A DNA stretch of 64,000 nt from NCBI GenBank assembly GCA_051942245.1, contig JAVECL010000029.1, positions 1 through 64,000 on the forward strand, in the 5' to 3' direction. The notes beneath the pieces are model-generated. The model had not been told where the DNA came from and did no database searches. It was given only the letters and a program-made list of their open reading frames with translations. The translations under genes were made by a program, and so were the position numbers. Below are positions 24,984 through 37,043 of the stretch, one piece after another (positions within the stretch are counted from its first letter, which is position 1; each line of letters opens with the position of its first letter). Source of the DNA: Trypethelium eluteriae (lineage: Eukaryota).

Positions 24984-27434
24984 ATGGAGACTATACCTCC
25001 TCCGCCACCTACAGATCCGATTGATCGTCCCTCGTCCCCACCTCCTCCACCACCCGAGCTCCAGGCTCCACCTCCACCCCCACAAACATTTGCTCCATCT
25101 CCTCCAGCAAACAAGGCAGGAGACGCAGCTCAAGCACCAAGTAAGAAGAAAGAATGGGGAGCTCCGAAAGCACAACCTTTGAGTATAGAGGACATCTTGA
25201 AGAAGAAAAAAGAAGCCGATGAAGCAGCCGCAAAGGTAAGCAAACGACCTGCGAATCAAGCGTATTCGAAAGACATTATTCGCTGCATTTCTTCGGCGGA
25301 ATTAGGTTTGACTAACTCTACCACTCTTCTACAGCCTAAGTTCTTGAGTAAGGCACAAAGGGAGAAGCTGGCGCTCGCAAAGAGGCAGAAAGAGGCAGAA
25401 GAGCAAAAGCGGAAGATTGAAGCAGAGCGCTTGGCAACCAAATCTGCAACGAACGGTGCTCTAACAAACGGCATTAATGGCCACACAAAGATGAAAGACC
25501 AGGTAAATGGTAGCAACCGACCTGCCATACCGACTGGACCAAAAGCTCTACGGCAAGGAGAAATCCCGACAGGACCTGCGGCCATGAGGAATTCCGGGCC
25601 TAATAAAGGTTATGACATGGCCCCGCCCCTAGCACCTAAAGCAGTCGCGATTGCTGCCCCTACAGGTTCGAAAGCAGAAAAGCGCTCGACTCCGGAAGAA
25701 GCTGAGGCTGCGCTGATTCGGCAGCGATATATGGGAGCAGATACAAATACTTCGACATTCTCTGCTAAGAAAAAGCGGAAGCGAACAACTGAAAAGAAGT
25801 TCAATTTCGAGTGGAATGCCGAAGAGGACACAAGTCCAGATTATAACCCATTGTATCAGGCCCGCGCCGAAGCTAATTTCTTTGGTAGAGGTCATCTTGG
25901 GGGCTTCGCAAATGACATGGATGCAGGAGCCCGAAAATACGCCAGAGCGCTCGAGGCTCGCGATGGTGAGGCTGGTGCTGCTCGAGCACGTGAAATTTTG
26001 GAGATGGAGCGGAGAAGGCGGGAGGAAGGTGGAAGGAACGCTCTCGACAAGCACTGGAGCGAGAAGAGAATCGATCAAATGCGAGAGAGAGATTGGCGGA
26101 TCTTCAAAGAAGACTTCAACATCAGCACGAAGGGAGGTTCGATACCAAATCCCATGCGAGACTGGTCCGAATCTGGGTTACCAAGGCGGCTTCTGGACGT
26201 TGTGGATTCGGTGGGTTACGTTGAGCCCTCGCCCGTTCAAAGAGCCGCGATACCTATTGCTCTGCAATCTCGTGATTTGATTGGTGTCGCTGTTACCGGT
26301 TCCGGTAAAACAGCAGCATTTCTTCTCCCTCTGTTGGTCTACATCTCCGAACTACCCACTCTCAATGAGGTTAGCAAAAGTGATGGACCTTACGCCATCA
26401 TTCTCGCACCCACTCGTGAGCTTGCGCAACAGATTGAAATTGAAGCGAGGAAGTTTGCCACGCCATTGGGCTTTACTTGCGTAAGTATCGTGGGTGGTCA
26501 TAGTATCGAAGAGCAATCCTACGCGCTTCGAGATGGCGCTGAAATCATCATCGCCACTCCTGGTCGTCTCGTCGATTGCATTGAACGACGCGTGCTTGTG
26601 CTTGGCCAATGCTGCTACATTATTATGGACGAAGCAGATCGAATGATAGACCTTGGATTTGAAGAACCTGTCAACAAGATCCTCGATGCGCTCCCAGTCC
26701 AGAACGAAAAGCCTGATACTGAAGATGCTGAAGACGCGATTGTAATGAGTCAACATTTAGGCGGCAAGGATCGATACAGACAGACTATGATGTACACGGC
26801 TACGATGCCTCCCGCTGTTGAGCGTATTGCTAAGAAATACCTTCGCCGGCCAGCTATCGTCACCATTGGCAACGTGGGCGAAGCCGTCGAAACTGTTGAA
26901 CAGCGCGTTGAGTTTGTGGCGGGTGAAGACAAGCGCAAGAAGCGGCTCGAGCAAATCCTTAGGAGCGGCGAGTTCACTCCTCCGATCATCGTCTTTGTCA
27001 ATATCAAGCGCAACTGCGATGCTGTCGCCAAGGATATCAAGCACATGGGTTTCAACTCGGTCACTTTGCATGGGAGCAAATCACAGGAGCAGCGTGAAGC
27101 AGCGCTCGCGAGCTTGCGCAACGGAAACACGGATGTACTCGTGGCGACGGATCTTGCGGGTCGTGGTATAGATGTGCAGGATGTCAGCCTAGTGATCAAC
27201 TTCAACATGGCGACGAATATTGAGAGCTACACGCATCGCGTCGGACGGACGGGTCGTGCAGGGAAGAGCGGTGTCGCACTCACATTCTTGGGGAATGAGG
27301 ATACGGATGTTATGTATGACCTTAAGCAAATGCTGCAGAAGAGTAGTATTAGTCGGGTGCCTGAGGAGTTACGGAAGCACGAGGCAGCGCAGCAAAAGCC
27401 AACTAAAGGAGCCGCAAAGAAGCCTTTGGAATAG
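24984..27434 (+). CDS. PRP28: U5 snRNP DEAD-box RNA helicase Prp28
   Basis: Exons 24984-25235 and 25335-27434 (99-nt in-frame intron GTAAGC...CTAAC...ACAG). AVTGSGKT, PTRELA, DEAD, HRVGRTGR motifs, plus Prp28-typical KFNFEW and ERDWRIFKEDFNI. Confidence 0.97.
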   Translation: METIPPPPPTDPIDRPSSPPPPPPELQAPPPPPQTFAPSPPANKAGDAAQAPSKKKEWGAPKAQPLSIEDILKKKKEADEAAAKVSKRPANQAYSKDIIRCISSAELGLTNSTTLLQPKFLSKAQREKLALAKRQKEAEEQKRKIEAERLATKSATNGALTNGINGHTKMKDQVNGSNRPAIPTGPKALRQGEIPTGPAAMRNSGPNKGYDMAPPLAPKAVAIAAPTGSKAEKRSTPEEAEAALIRQRYMGADTNTSTFSAKKKRKRTTEKKFNFEWNAEEDTSPDYNPLYQARAEANFFGRGHLGGFANDMDAGARKYARALEARDGEAGAARAREILEMERRRREEGGRNALDKHWSEKRIDQMRERDWRIFKEDFNISTKGGSIPNPMRDWSESGLPRRLLDVVDSVGYVEPSPVQRAAIPIALQSRDLIGVAVTGSGKTAAFLLPLLVYISELPTLNEVSKSDGPYAIILAPTRELAQQIEIEARKFATPLGFTCVSIVGGHSIEEQSYALRDGAEIIIATPGRLVDCIERRVLVLGQCCYIIMDEADRMIDLGFEEPVNKILDALPVQNEKPDTEDAEDAIVMSQHLGGKDRYRQTMMYTATMPPAVERIAKKYLRRPAIVTIGNVGEAVETVEQRVEFVAGEDKRKKRLEQILRSGEFTPPIIVFVNIKRNCDAVAKDIKHMGFNSVTLHGSKSQEQREAALASLRNGNTDVLVATDLAGRGIDVQDVSLVINFNMATNIESYTHRVGRTGRAGKSGVALTFLGNEDTDVMYDLKQMLQKSSISRVPEELRKHEAAQQKPTKGAAKKPLE

Positions 27435-27626
27435 CGATGGGGAGAGTGGGTGCTTAAGATCGGATAATATGTTGTAGTCCTAGATTGAACTATACCAGAG
27501 CCCAAATCAGTCAATCCGTTTGAGAACGGACTCTGCTTCTGACAATATTGAGGCTATCATTGTAGTGAAAGAGGTCCGTGTAGGTGTCGTCCTTGTGTTT
27601 GGCGCTTTAGATATCTTGCCCCTTCT

Positions 27627-29576
27627 TCACCTCTCCTCCTGCTGTTTCACCTGCTCCTCTTTCTCCCCTGCTGCGTCCTCCATGTGCCGCTGAGCCGCCA
27701 TCTCCGAAGTCTCACCGTTATTCTTTCTTTGTCTTCGTGACGAACCTCTTGCGCGCCGTTTCACCCTTCGCTCTGCTTTTTTCGAAATTATCTTAAAAAC
27801 CCGGGCCGGAATTTCTGCTCTCTGCCCATCCCGTGGACAAGCGGGTTGTACAAATACAGAAGTGAACCACTCACCTTGGGTTTTCTTTATGACTTGATCG
27901 ATTTCCCGCAGCAGTACCCTGTCCTCTCCCTTTTCGTGGTCTGTGCAAGGAGAGTCAGAATTGAATACCCACTGTACCAGCTGCAGGTCGTCTTTCAGCG
28001 TCCGCGCCAAAGCATCGAACGCGCAGTCCTCCACCAAATCCTCAATCCACGTCGGTCCCATCATAGTGTCTTCGTTGTCCGAGGCCCTATCCTCTTCTCC
28101 CTCATGAAGGCCGCCATCGTCATCCTCGTTCTCATGATCATCCACGTGGCAATCATCTTCGCAGCAGGCGTCCTTGGAATCTTTTTGCCGTTCGTGTTTC
28201 TCTCTACGCGCCTTCTCCACCCTTACGTATGCCTGGATCCATGCACACACTGGCTTCGTCCGCAAACCCTCAAACCCACCTCTCTCATTCGCCAATCTCA
28301 ACCCCTCTTCCACCCCGTCCAGCCACGACGTCTTCGGCCTTGGGCCCACCACGTTGCTGCCCTTCCTCCCTCTCCTGCCAAACACACTCTTCGAGTCCCA
28401 CTTAGCACAGTCCTGTTCCCATCGGTCGAGTGCGGCGCTCTCCGCCTCGAGCTCGCGCGGAACAAGAGCCCAGTTCGCATCCCACGATGGCGAGGGGGTG
28501 CGAAGCAGGTGCAGACTTGAACGCTTTCCCATCCGGCAGGGGAGGCACGCGGCGTAACGTTCGAGGAGGTGGGCACGGTAATGTGCGCGGGTTGCAGCGA
28601 AGAGGGAGGATAGCAGAGACGGGTCGTACGTGAGTGGGCGCGCAAGAGAGCTTAGAGAGGACGAATCTGAAGGCCGCGCAAGAGCGCAGCGGGACTTTGG
28701 CGTGAGAGATTGCAGAGGTGAGACTGGCTGGGGGAGGGAAAGAGGGGAGCCGGATGCATCAGGAGGGAAGTGCTGATCGAACCAGTTGCTGGGCCCAGGT
28801 GCCTTCAGAAAGGGGGTTTGGGCAGCAGAGAATGAAGGAAGTGGTTGGCGGGGTGAGAAGGGTTGTCCTTGGGAAGAAGTTGCAGAAGCCGATGTCTGAG
28901 TGCAATCGGCTTTCCCTTTTCTGATCTTCCACCAGATTTTCTGTCTTTTCTCACTGGTAGGAGTTTGATTGGTGATCGTTTCTGTCTGTCCACCAGCCAA
29001 TCCCAGGGTAGGCTGCCCAATCTGCGCTGCCGCCAACGGATCTCCCCTCTCTTCTACCGGCGTCCTATTACCTGGTGTGTTGCTGCACGAAAATGCGAGC
29101 CATTCCTTACGGGCGGCCTCCACCTCTTCCACAGACAAAAAGTCCACTGGCGTGTTCAATCCTTCTCCATCTCGGCTGCGACTTTTGTCCAGATACGCGT
29201 TCACGCCACGAGCCTCGCTGATGTCTGCCTGGCACACTTCCTTGACAAAGGCCCTTGTACGAGAGAGGGCCTTGCGGAGGCCAAGGATGCTATGACGGCC
29301 GGAGTCTGGGGGATCTACGTTTCCCCCTCCGGCTTTATTGGTCTGACTTTGGGTAGATGCGTCAACCGGCATGGGTTCCTGGACCGGCTTGGCGCTTTTG
29401 TATCTCTTGTTGCTCTTTCCGTCATCGGTCGCAGCCGTAGAACAAATAGTATTTTTAGAGCTCGGATTGACGGATGTCACAATGGTGGACTGTGCGCGCT
29501 TCCACGCAACGCTCCAAGCGCTATCCTCGCGGCTGGCATTTTGGGGCCGGCATTCTGTTCTATGCGTTCCTGCCAT
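27627..29576 (-). CDS. Hypothetical 649-aa protein (no recognisable domain)
   Basis: Intronless 1950-nt ORF filling the gap between two genes; S/P-rich middle, acidic patch, basic C-terminal cluster. Confidence 0.7.
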   Translation of the reverse strand: MAGTHRTECRPQNASREDSAWSVAWKRAQSTIVTSVNPSSKNTICSTAATDDGKSNKRYKSAKPVQEPMPVDASTQSQTNKAGGGNVDPPDSGRHSILGLRKALSRTRAFVKEVCQADISEARGVNAYLDKSRSRDGEGLNTPVDFLSVEEVEAARKEWLAFSCSNTPGNRTPVEERGDPLAAAQIGQPTLGLAGGQTETITNQTPTSEKRQKIWWKIRKGKADCTQTSASATSSQGQPFSPRQPLPSFSAAQTPFLKAPGPSNWFDQHFPPDASGSPLSLPQPVSPLQSLTPKSRCALARPSDSSSLSSLARPLTYDPSLLSSLFAATRAHYRAHLLERYAACLPCRMGKRSSLHLLRTPSPSWDANWALVPRELEAESAALDRWEQDCAKWDSKSVFGRRGRKGSNVVGPRPKTSWLDGVEEGLRLANERGGFEGLRTKPVCAWIQAYVRVEKARREKHERQKDSKDACCEDDCHVDDHENEDDDGGLHEGEEDRASDNEDTMMGPTWIEDLVEDCAFDALARTLKDDLQLVQWVFNSDSPCTDHEKGEDRVLLREIDQVIKKTQGEWFTSVFVQPACPRDGQRAEIPARVFKIISKKAERRVKRRARGSSRRQRKNNGETSEMAAQRHMEDAAGEKEEQVKQQEER

Positions 29577-30340
29577 AGTGGAGTTGTGATGGTCTGTAGG
29601 ACGTCCTGGTTATTGTTTGCGTACTCTGGAAGATGTGAGTGGTGGTGATGGCTTGGAGAACTCTTAAAACTACCTAATCATTCTGACTGCCGGTCCATTT
29701 GGTGACACTAGGCGGATATTGAACATACAAATAGGGCAAAAGCAGAATGTGCGTGGAATAGGCGTGCAATAGGCGGGGCCACAAACCTAAGTGAAGGTTA
29801 ATGGTCGCCACTAAAAGGGTGCTGATATATCAACCGTACGTACCTCGTGAGCAATGCCACGGCTGTGATACGACCGTCCCATTTGGTAGGCAAACTCTAA
29901 ATTGTCGAGCCAGGGACGAACGAGTGGATGAGGCCGATGGGGCAATAAAAATAAGAAAAGGGAAAAAGCGCCAAGTCTGGAAGAAGTCGGACACTTGACA
30001 TTATTATATACATGCACACAGGGCCTATTGCTCCGAGAAAGTCCAACACTAGATCCATCCGTATGCAGTCCAAAAAAAATCTTCCCAACCCGTTTTTGCC
30101 AACACGGTAGCCCTCCCAAGTCCGAATGCAAGAATGAATAAGAGCTTGAACGTGACGGGCACGTAAGTTGGGGAGGAGGGGACAGAAAAGCCACCGGCTG
30201 ACCTCAATGAGAACCACTTGATTAAAGCCGCCACGTCTGTTTTCACCAAAAAGAGGACCGTTTCTCAGAAGTAGAATTTTCCCTTGAGAAGACCGTGTAT
30301 GCGCTTGCCTTTGTATGCTCAAATAATCGCAGTCATCGTC

Positions 30341-33300
30341 TCACACGTCACCGTAGTACAACCCCTCGAACCCCTCGTTTTGTTTCGGCTCGGGGAGCTC
30401 GCTCTTACTTTTACCCTTCCTCTTCCACCCCATCTTCATCCTCTCCTTCATCTTCTTCATCTCGGCCCACCCTGCCTCATCATCTTCATCATCTCCATCC
30501 GCGGTCATATTCTGTTGATTCAACCGACTCACTCTTGTTGGAGATCCTCTCCGCTTCTCCACTGCCGTAACTGTAGCACGCTTGTTCTCGGGATCGGCAA
30601 GAAGCCCTCCCGCCGATAGCGGTCGTTGTGGACCGGACATCGTCGAGGAGCGAGCAGTTGCATTGCCGCTGGTGGCGTGCAGCGGTTGCACTGTGTTCTC
30701 GGAGGCCACGCTACCGTTGCCTGCATCTGCGGTTACTGGTCTGTAGCGTGAGGGTTGCCCGATCGTGCTGCGCTCGGAAGGGGCAATGGAGGGTGCATAT
30801 CCACCTTGTTGGGTTCCCGAGAGCCCCAGTCCATGTACTGAGCTGGCATAGCCTCCGGATGGTGGGTTCATCATGCTCATTGTGCGAGGGCTAGATTGGT
30901 TCTGCATGGATATCTGAGCTCCCAGTGACGGAGAGCCGGTCCCAATAGTGTGTCTGGCGTTATTTGAGGTAGGTGGGGTTGTCATGCTCATAGTCCTGCC
31001 ATTTGCGCCAAGTGACGGAGGGGCAAGGAAGCCGTTTTGACTTTGCATCTGAGGTTGTTGTCCTGGCACGTTTAGCATGCTGGGCATCTGGCCAAGGCCA
31101 GGCATCTGAGGCATCGGCGGTAGCTGTGGCGTCCCAGCATTTGGCTGTTGACCTTGTTGCATAGCCATCATCTGTTGCATCCACTGCATTTGCATGGCCA
31201 TGTATTGCGTCATTTGCTGGTTCATCTGCATTTGTGACATTTGCGCGGGGTCCATCATTGGAGGCATTCCCGGCAGGCCCATTCCTGGTCCCATGCCCAT
31301 GCCCATTCCAGGTTGCATGCCCGTCGTACCAGCTTGAGACATTCGCCCAGGCATGTTGTTGGGCAGGGGCAAGCTAGACCCAAAGCCCGAGGCTCCATTA
31401 GGACTGCCTCGTCGTGCAGCTCGAGCTCGTTCTTCGCCTGCAATAACTCCCACCAGACCACCAGGAGGGAGGCTGGGCCCAGAATTTGACCCTCCGTACG
31501 TTGAGCCTGGCCCTCCATTGTTGAAGGGGAGTGTCTCGCGCATGGGTTGTTGGACTAAACCAGCACCAAAATACGGATCCATGGGAAGGTTCTTTGCAAA
31601 CGGTGGAAGAATTCCGCCTGCTGTAGGACCACCCATGATAGAGCCTGGAGCACCAGGAAAAGCAGATTGAGTTGGAATGGAATGTGTGGACTGACTAAGT
31701 CGGGTTGGTGGCCGACTCTTGCTAGGGAAGCCATGTGCGGCAAGGATTCCCAGCGGAACGTCTTCATCCTCGTCTTCATCACTCGTCTTTGAACTGTGAG
31801 CTGGAGAACTATCAAAGTTAATGGAAGACTCGAATCCAGTGGTGAGATTTGATCCAACAGTACTTGAGCGATCTACCCCAGGGCGGGTTTGAGTGCTTGG
31901 TAATTCCGAAGGTTGCTCTCCAGTCACTTTCATCATTTTTTGACGATATACTGCTAGATGGGCTTCCTGCTTCCGCCTTTGCTTTGCCAATTGCCGATTG
32001 TGTTCAGCTTCGTCTTCCTCGTCATATGCGTCCGAGTCGTCCGAGTTCTCGCTCTTGGCTTCTTCATTGAGCTGTGTGGCTTCTTGGTGACGTTTGTAGA
32101 TTTCGTATTGAGCGGGAGTCATGACTTTCCCTGATTGTTGACCTGCTCGCGTGGGTGAAATTTCCTTTGCTTTTGGTCTTACGGCCATACTTGCTGGACC
32201 GAGCGGTGACGAGTCAAACAAATTGTCATTCCCTTGCTGATATGGCTGTAATCGCGTCGCACGTGGCGTTGCGTCTTGGGATTCTGCCCTCCATGTTGAC
32301 TCGGACGATTCTTCATCAAAAAGACTAGTGGCGGTGGTATCTCTCAGGGGTGTGAGGCTGGACGCTGCGGTTGCATTAGATGAAGCTTTGTAGGAGTCGG
32401 TTGAGGACGGCTTGGAGGAGCCCGGTCGGTCGCTGTACTTTGAGCTGGCCAAGGACTCTTGTGGACTCGTAACTTCGATGGTTGCCTGTCTGCCTAAGGA
32501 TTCACCAGCGCGCACAGAATCCAGCACAGCTTGTGAATCCTCATCCTGCAAAAGGCCGCTGTACACTCTGGAGTCCCGATTTCGAGGAGCAGTTGCCCTT
32601 GGCGACCCGTATTCATTAAACTTTGCACGACTTACACTTGGATGTTTCAGCGAGACATCGTCAAAAGTGGAATCTGTCGATTGCATTCGACTGTGTCTCA
32701 ATATGTCTCCTCTTCGCTCCGGACTAGGCGATGCCCGTGTTCGTGATGGGGAAGATATCAGCCCATCATGGGAAGTCTGACTTCCCCATGAATAGGGGGA
32801 TTCCTCTACTTCGCGGCCTCGATCTAGTCTCAATGGTGAGGGCGTATGACTTGATCGAGAGATTGCTTTTGGTGGGAATAGAGGCTCGGAGTCCTGCAGG
32901 CTTTTGATCAGTGTCGAAAGGCCCTTCCTCGAAATATTAACTTACTGATCGCGGCAAGGGTGCCGTCGGAGAGGGGGTCTTTCTGGGTAACTGGTCCAGA
33001 GTCACACTGGATCTCTTCCCAAGGCCATCGAACATGTTTGTTCCGAAGTCGGCCCCAAAGTCCGAGTCGACGAGGCTGGGACTAGGATCGAGGTTTGGTG
33101 GTGGAGGGACAACTGTGCTAGCGTAGCTACTTTCAGTCGCGTAGCTGCTCGTTGTTTGCGCCCGTTCCCGTGTTGTTGGAGGGTTGATATCTTGACTCTG
33201 TTTCAGGTCGACGCCTGTCTTTGGCCTCGGTGGAGAAGATGCTCTCTTTCCAATCCTGCCAAAAGAAAATGTCCTCTCTTTGTGTTTGGGAGGAGGTGGA

Positions 33301-33776
33301 AGATCTTTGAATGTATTAACTTCGGGGTGGAACGTTTTCGATCTTCGTACAGGGAAGAGCTCTTCATCCGGGTCTGCCTGAGGAAGGGTTGAATGGGAGC
33401 TAAATCGTGCTGATGCCGCCGATGAAGAATCATAATACCCTGTGGAGGCCGAATTTGTCGTATTACCGCTGCCGCCGCTTCCCCTGTCCCAAGTCAGCCG
33501 CCAGGTGAGACGTCTAGAGTCACGCTTGTTATTTGACCTATTGCTGCCAAGGCCATCGTCTTCACCGCTGGATCTCGTTTGGGGTGAGCCGAAATGCCTG
33601 CCTCCACTGTTCCGACTTGTCACCGCTGGAGAAGAGTCGAAAGACATTGTAGCATTTGACTGAGGTCGTTCAAGGACTCGGAAGGAGGATGGTGCATTTT
33701 CGGAAGGTAATTCATAATCGAGAGCATTTCCAGATGATTTCCTCCTCCCAAAGCCTTTGGCAAATTTCATAGGCAT
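30341..33776 (-). CDS. Conserved-looking, low-complexity fungal hypothetical protein
   Basis: Exons 33776-33538, 33483-32946, 32893-30341. Short motif islands GFGRRKSSGNAL, KVMTPAQYE, QRRKQEAHLAVYRQKMMKVTG, DEDVPLGILAAHGFP, GGLVGVIAGEERARAARRGSP, YAPSIAPSERS, DDEAGWAEMKK inside S/P/Q/M-rich sequence. Confidence 0.85.
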
Positions 33777-35548
33777 AGGGAAAATATATGGAACAGAGGA
33801 GGATAAAGTTCAAATGGTGAACGGGCTAGTTCGTTGGGCGCTCGTATGCAGCTTACGGGGGAAAGCTGACGGAAATGGAAGGCGTCGATGAGCCGCAGCG
33901 CTACTGATCGTGCCCAGCTTGATTTTTTCTCCCCAAAAAATTTGACGAATCCACACTGATTAAGTATGCTAGCAACCGTCCGGCTGGAGAACGAGGGGTA
34001 TCAACGTGCTGAAAGGTCAAAGGGTGGAATCCAAAGGCCTGGGTTGTACAACTGCACGAACGAAAGCGCCACCGATCCGAGGACGGGAATGAAAAAGGCT
34101 ACCTGCAGAACCAGAAGACAGTCAGCCAACGTGACTTAACGTGTAGAAGTGTCGGGCAACCAGACAGCGTCATTCGTCGTCAATCGTAACCATGCAGATG
34201 GGGTTTAGTAAAGCGATGGACGTTCGGAAGCGAGTAAACAGGCAATGCTTGGCAGGGGTAGAATGCCGACAACTGTACTTCGTAGTGGACCAAGCACGTG
34301 GAAGAGAGGCACAGAAACTGTTCTTCTTCGCGCGAGCGGAGCTGGAGATTGTGAAGGAGGAGCAATGGTGTCTTGAAGCAGCAGCGAGGGTTGTTGGGCA
34401 AGGGAGGTCGGTTGTTGACTGCACCCGAGAAAATCTCGACCAGAGCCCGAGGATGGCTGGTGTTGAGGGGGCAGGAGAATGCAAGACGGCAGAGAGCTCA
34501 CCTTAGGAAAGCACAATTAGCTATTAGCTGCTCCCACACAGCAGCTTCAAAACGAGTGGATGAGGAGATGAAAGAGAATGACACAGAATGAAGGCTGAAA
34601 GGATCGGATTTCGCAATGGTTGGCTCGTCCGACGTCTTCAGGGGAGCGGCCGAGTCGGGTTACGGTGGCATACGTACACCATCGCACTATGTAGGCTCAC
34701 ACTCCGTACCTTAGCACCTTAGGGCCCATCGTATCCACAATAATGCCACTTCCACGACTGGGATCGCGCTCAATTCCACGGTCGATCCCGCTAAAAATAT
34801 CATGATTGTTTCTGACGTCTCTACTCATGGTGTCATGATCGTGCCATGCTACCAAGCACTGTGCCCTGCTGAGCCTGGGCAACCTACCTAAGTACGGTGG
34901 CGACTCCTTCAACCCAGCCAGAGGCAACATCTGCGCCTCAGCAGCCTCCCACGACTCCCAAGACGCCAAATTTCACGCGTCCAAGTCCGCGTCTGCCATT
35001 GGGTGAGCAGCGTTGAAACAGGCCGAACCCCAATCCTCTTCGCCGCTTCCACACCCCACAACGGTTTCATGTGCCCGCGGGCGCACGCCGAGAAGGGAAC
35101 CACCTTCATCCTACTATGCTTATTTTGCACCGCCAACACTTTTTGAAACGGACCTTCCCCGTCGCCCGTCTATACACGGCGAGGTCTTGTACTCACGGCC
35201 AACTACCTTCTGAGCTTAATTCGTTCTTGCTTCCGTGCGTTTAGCTGAAGACACACTTTAGACCTGCAATGTACCGCTTGATGTGCTACATACCCGCTAG
35301 GCGATTCCGGGGAGCTGCATACAGACGCTGCAGCAACCGCACCACGATTGCGGTGATTGGGAGAAGTTGCGGCTTAAAAGGGTCTGGCCGAATTCATTGC
35401 CGATCGTCAGCATGGTGAGCGGTCTGTACTCCGTAGGGAGCACATGTAATTAGCTGGATCAATTTGTGTTGAGCGCCTCCCCCGCCACGCCGTGCTTCGC
35501 CCGCTGCATACCTCCATACACGCTGGAGCTCCTCCATTGATGACCGAC

Positions 35549-36749
35549 ATGAGTACCACTGCATACTCAAATCACGCCCGCTCTGGATTTGCGGATGGCA
35601 CCAACTATGATCAGTATCGACCTTCATTTCCGGAAGGGAGTGTCAATATATTACTCGAAGCTGTCAGAGTCGCTGATCTGCCTGGCGCCGCAATTGTTGA
35701 CCTTGGCGCCGGAACTGGGAAGTTTACGGAAATCCTGGCTCGACGCCATGAAGAATTTCGGATAACCGCAGTAGAGCCGCACGAAGGCATGCGCCAGGTC
35801 TTGCAAGCTAAGCATCTGAAAAACGTTGAAGTGAAGGAGGGTATGGCCAATCAAATCCCGGTTGACGATCACACGGTAGATGCCGTAATTGTCGCTCAGG
35901 TAAGACGCTCTTGGCATCCGTGCTTACGAGAATCATGGAAGCAATCAAACCACAAAATTTAACCACGGCCCGATTCATTTACATCGTGGTCGTCGATCTT
36001 TTCAGATAAAGATTGCACTTTCGTTTCCGAAGATACCCAATATCGAGACCCACCCTTTCGTCGTTTCAATTCGCCGAACTCATGAATTCCCAAACTGATC
36101 CCTCGTAGGCCTTTCACTGGTTCGCTAATGTCGAATCTCTTCGTGAATTTCATCGCGTCCTTAAGCCGCACGGTGCCCTGGGACTTGTGTGGAACATCGA
36201 AGATTGTGAGATGGACTGAAATTTCCGAGGCGTACGGAGTACGGTTGCACTGACTTTCGTTGTGCAGACAATGCAGCAAGATCCCATGTGGCCGCTACGT
36301 CCTGGGAAGCTGAATTGCAGGACTTGACCTGGTCCTTTGACGATGGCGCTCCACGTTATCGACATGAGAAATGGAAGGAAGTCTTTGACAAGCAGCTGAA
36401 ATCCAATCCATTGAGCATTATCGCAACTGCAGATCCACTCTTCTCGCTTCCACTTGCTGCACACGAATGCAAATGGACGGTCTGGCTCACCAAAGATGAT
36501 TTGATGAAGCGTTACTGGACGCTGTCACAGGTTGCAGTACTGGAGGGTGACGAAAAAGAGGTAAAGATCCAAAAGAAGCGACTTTGCATTTGATGCTAAT
36601 GCAAGGGACAGAAAACACGTCAGGCTTTCTTGAAAGCACTTGAAAGTCCTGACGTTGAGGTCAACCAAAAAGGCGAGATAGCAGTGCATGGGTCCACGTA
36701 CAGCTTTTGGACAACCAAGATACCATCGGAGCCGCAACCAATGGATTGA
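35549..36749 (+). CDS. Class I SAM-dependent methyltransferase (Methyltransf_11 type)
   Basis: Exons 35549 (or 35540)-35899, 36109-36205, 36268-36560, 36612-36749. YDQYRPSFP, VDLGAGTGKFT (motif I), AVEP, VAQAFHWF, RVLKPHGALGLVWN. Confidence 0.92.
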
Positions 36750-37043
36750 TGGGGCCAATCCACACATCACTCTAATAGATTCAAGCATTTTCAATAGATG
36801 AAAAACTCTAAACTGAATCAAATTGGTGTCGATGAACATAAGACCTCTACACAAACAAGGAAGAGGCTTTTTTTAGTGCTGGCGGCGTTGTCATGCAGTG
36901 AATCAATCCAACCTCTGCCCTTTCCGACCCTTCAATGTGGAACTGCTTAAAGCAATCTCAAGCTTGCTTTGTACCTCGAGATCTCCTCTTCATTCACGCG
37001 CGTCCGGCAAGCCAGCCCTAGGCATTCTCTGCATGTCAAACTG

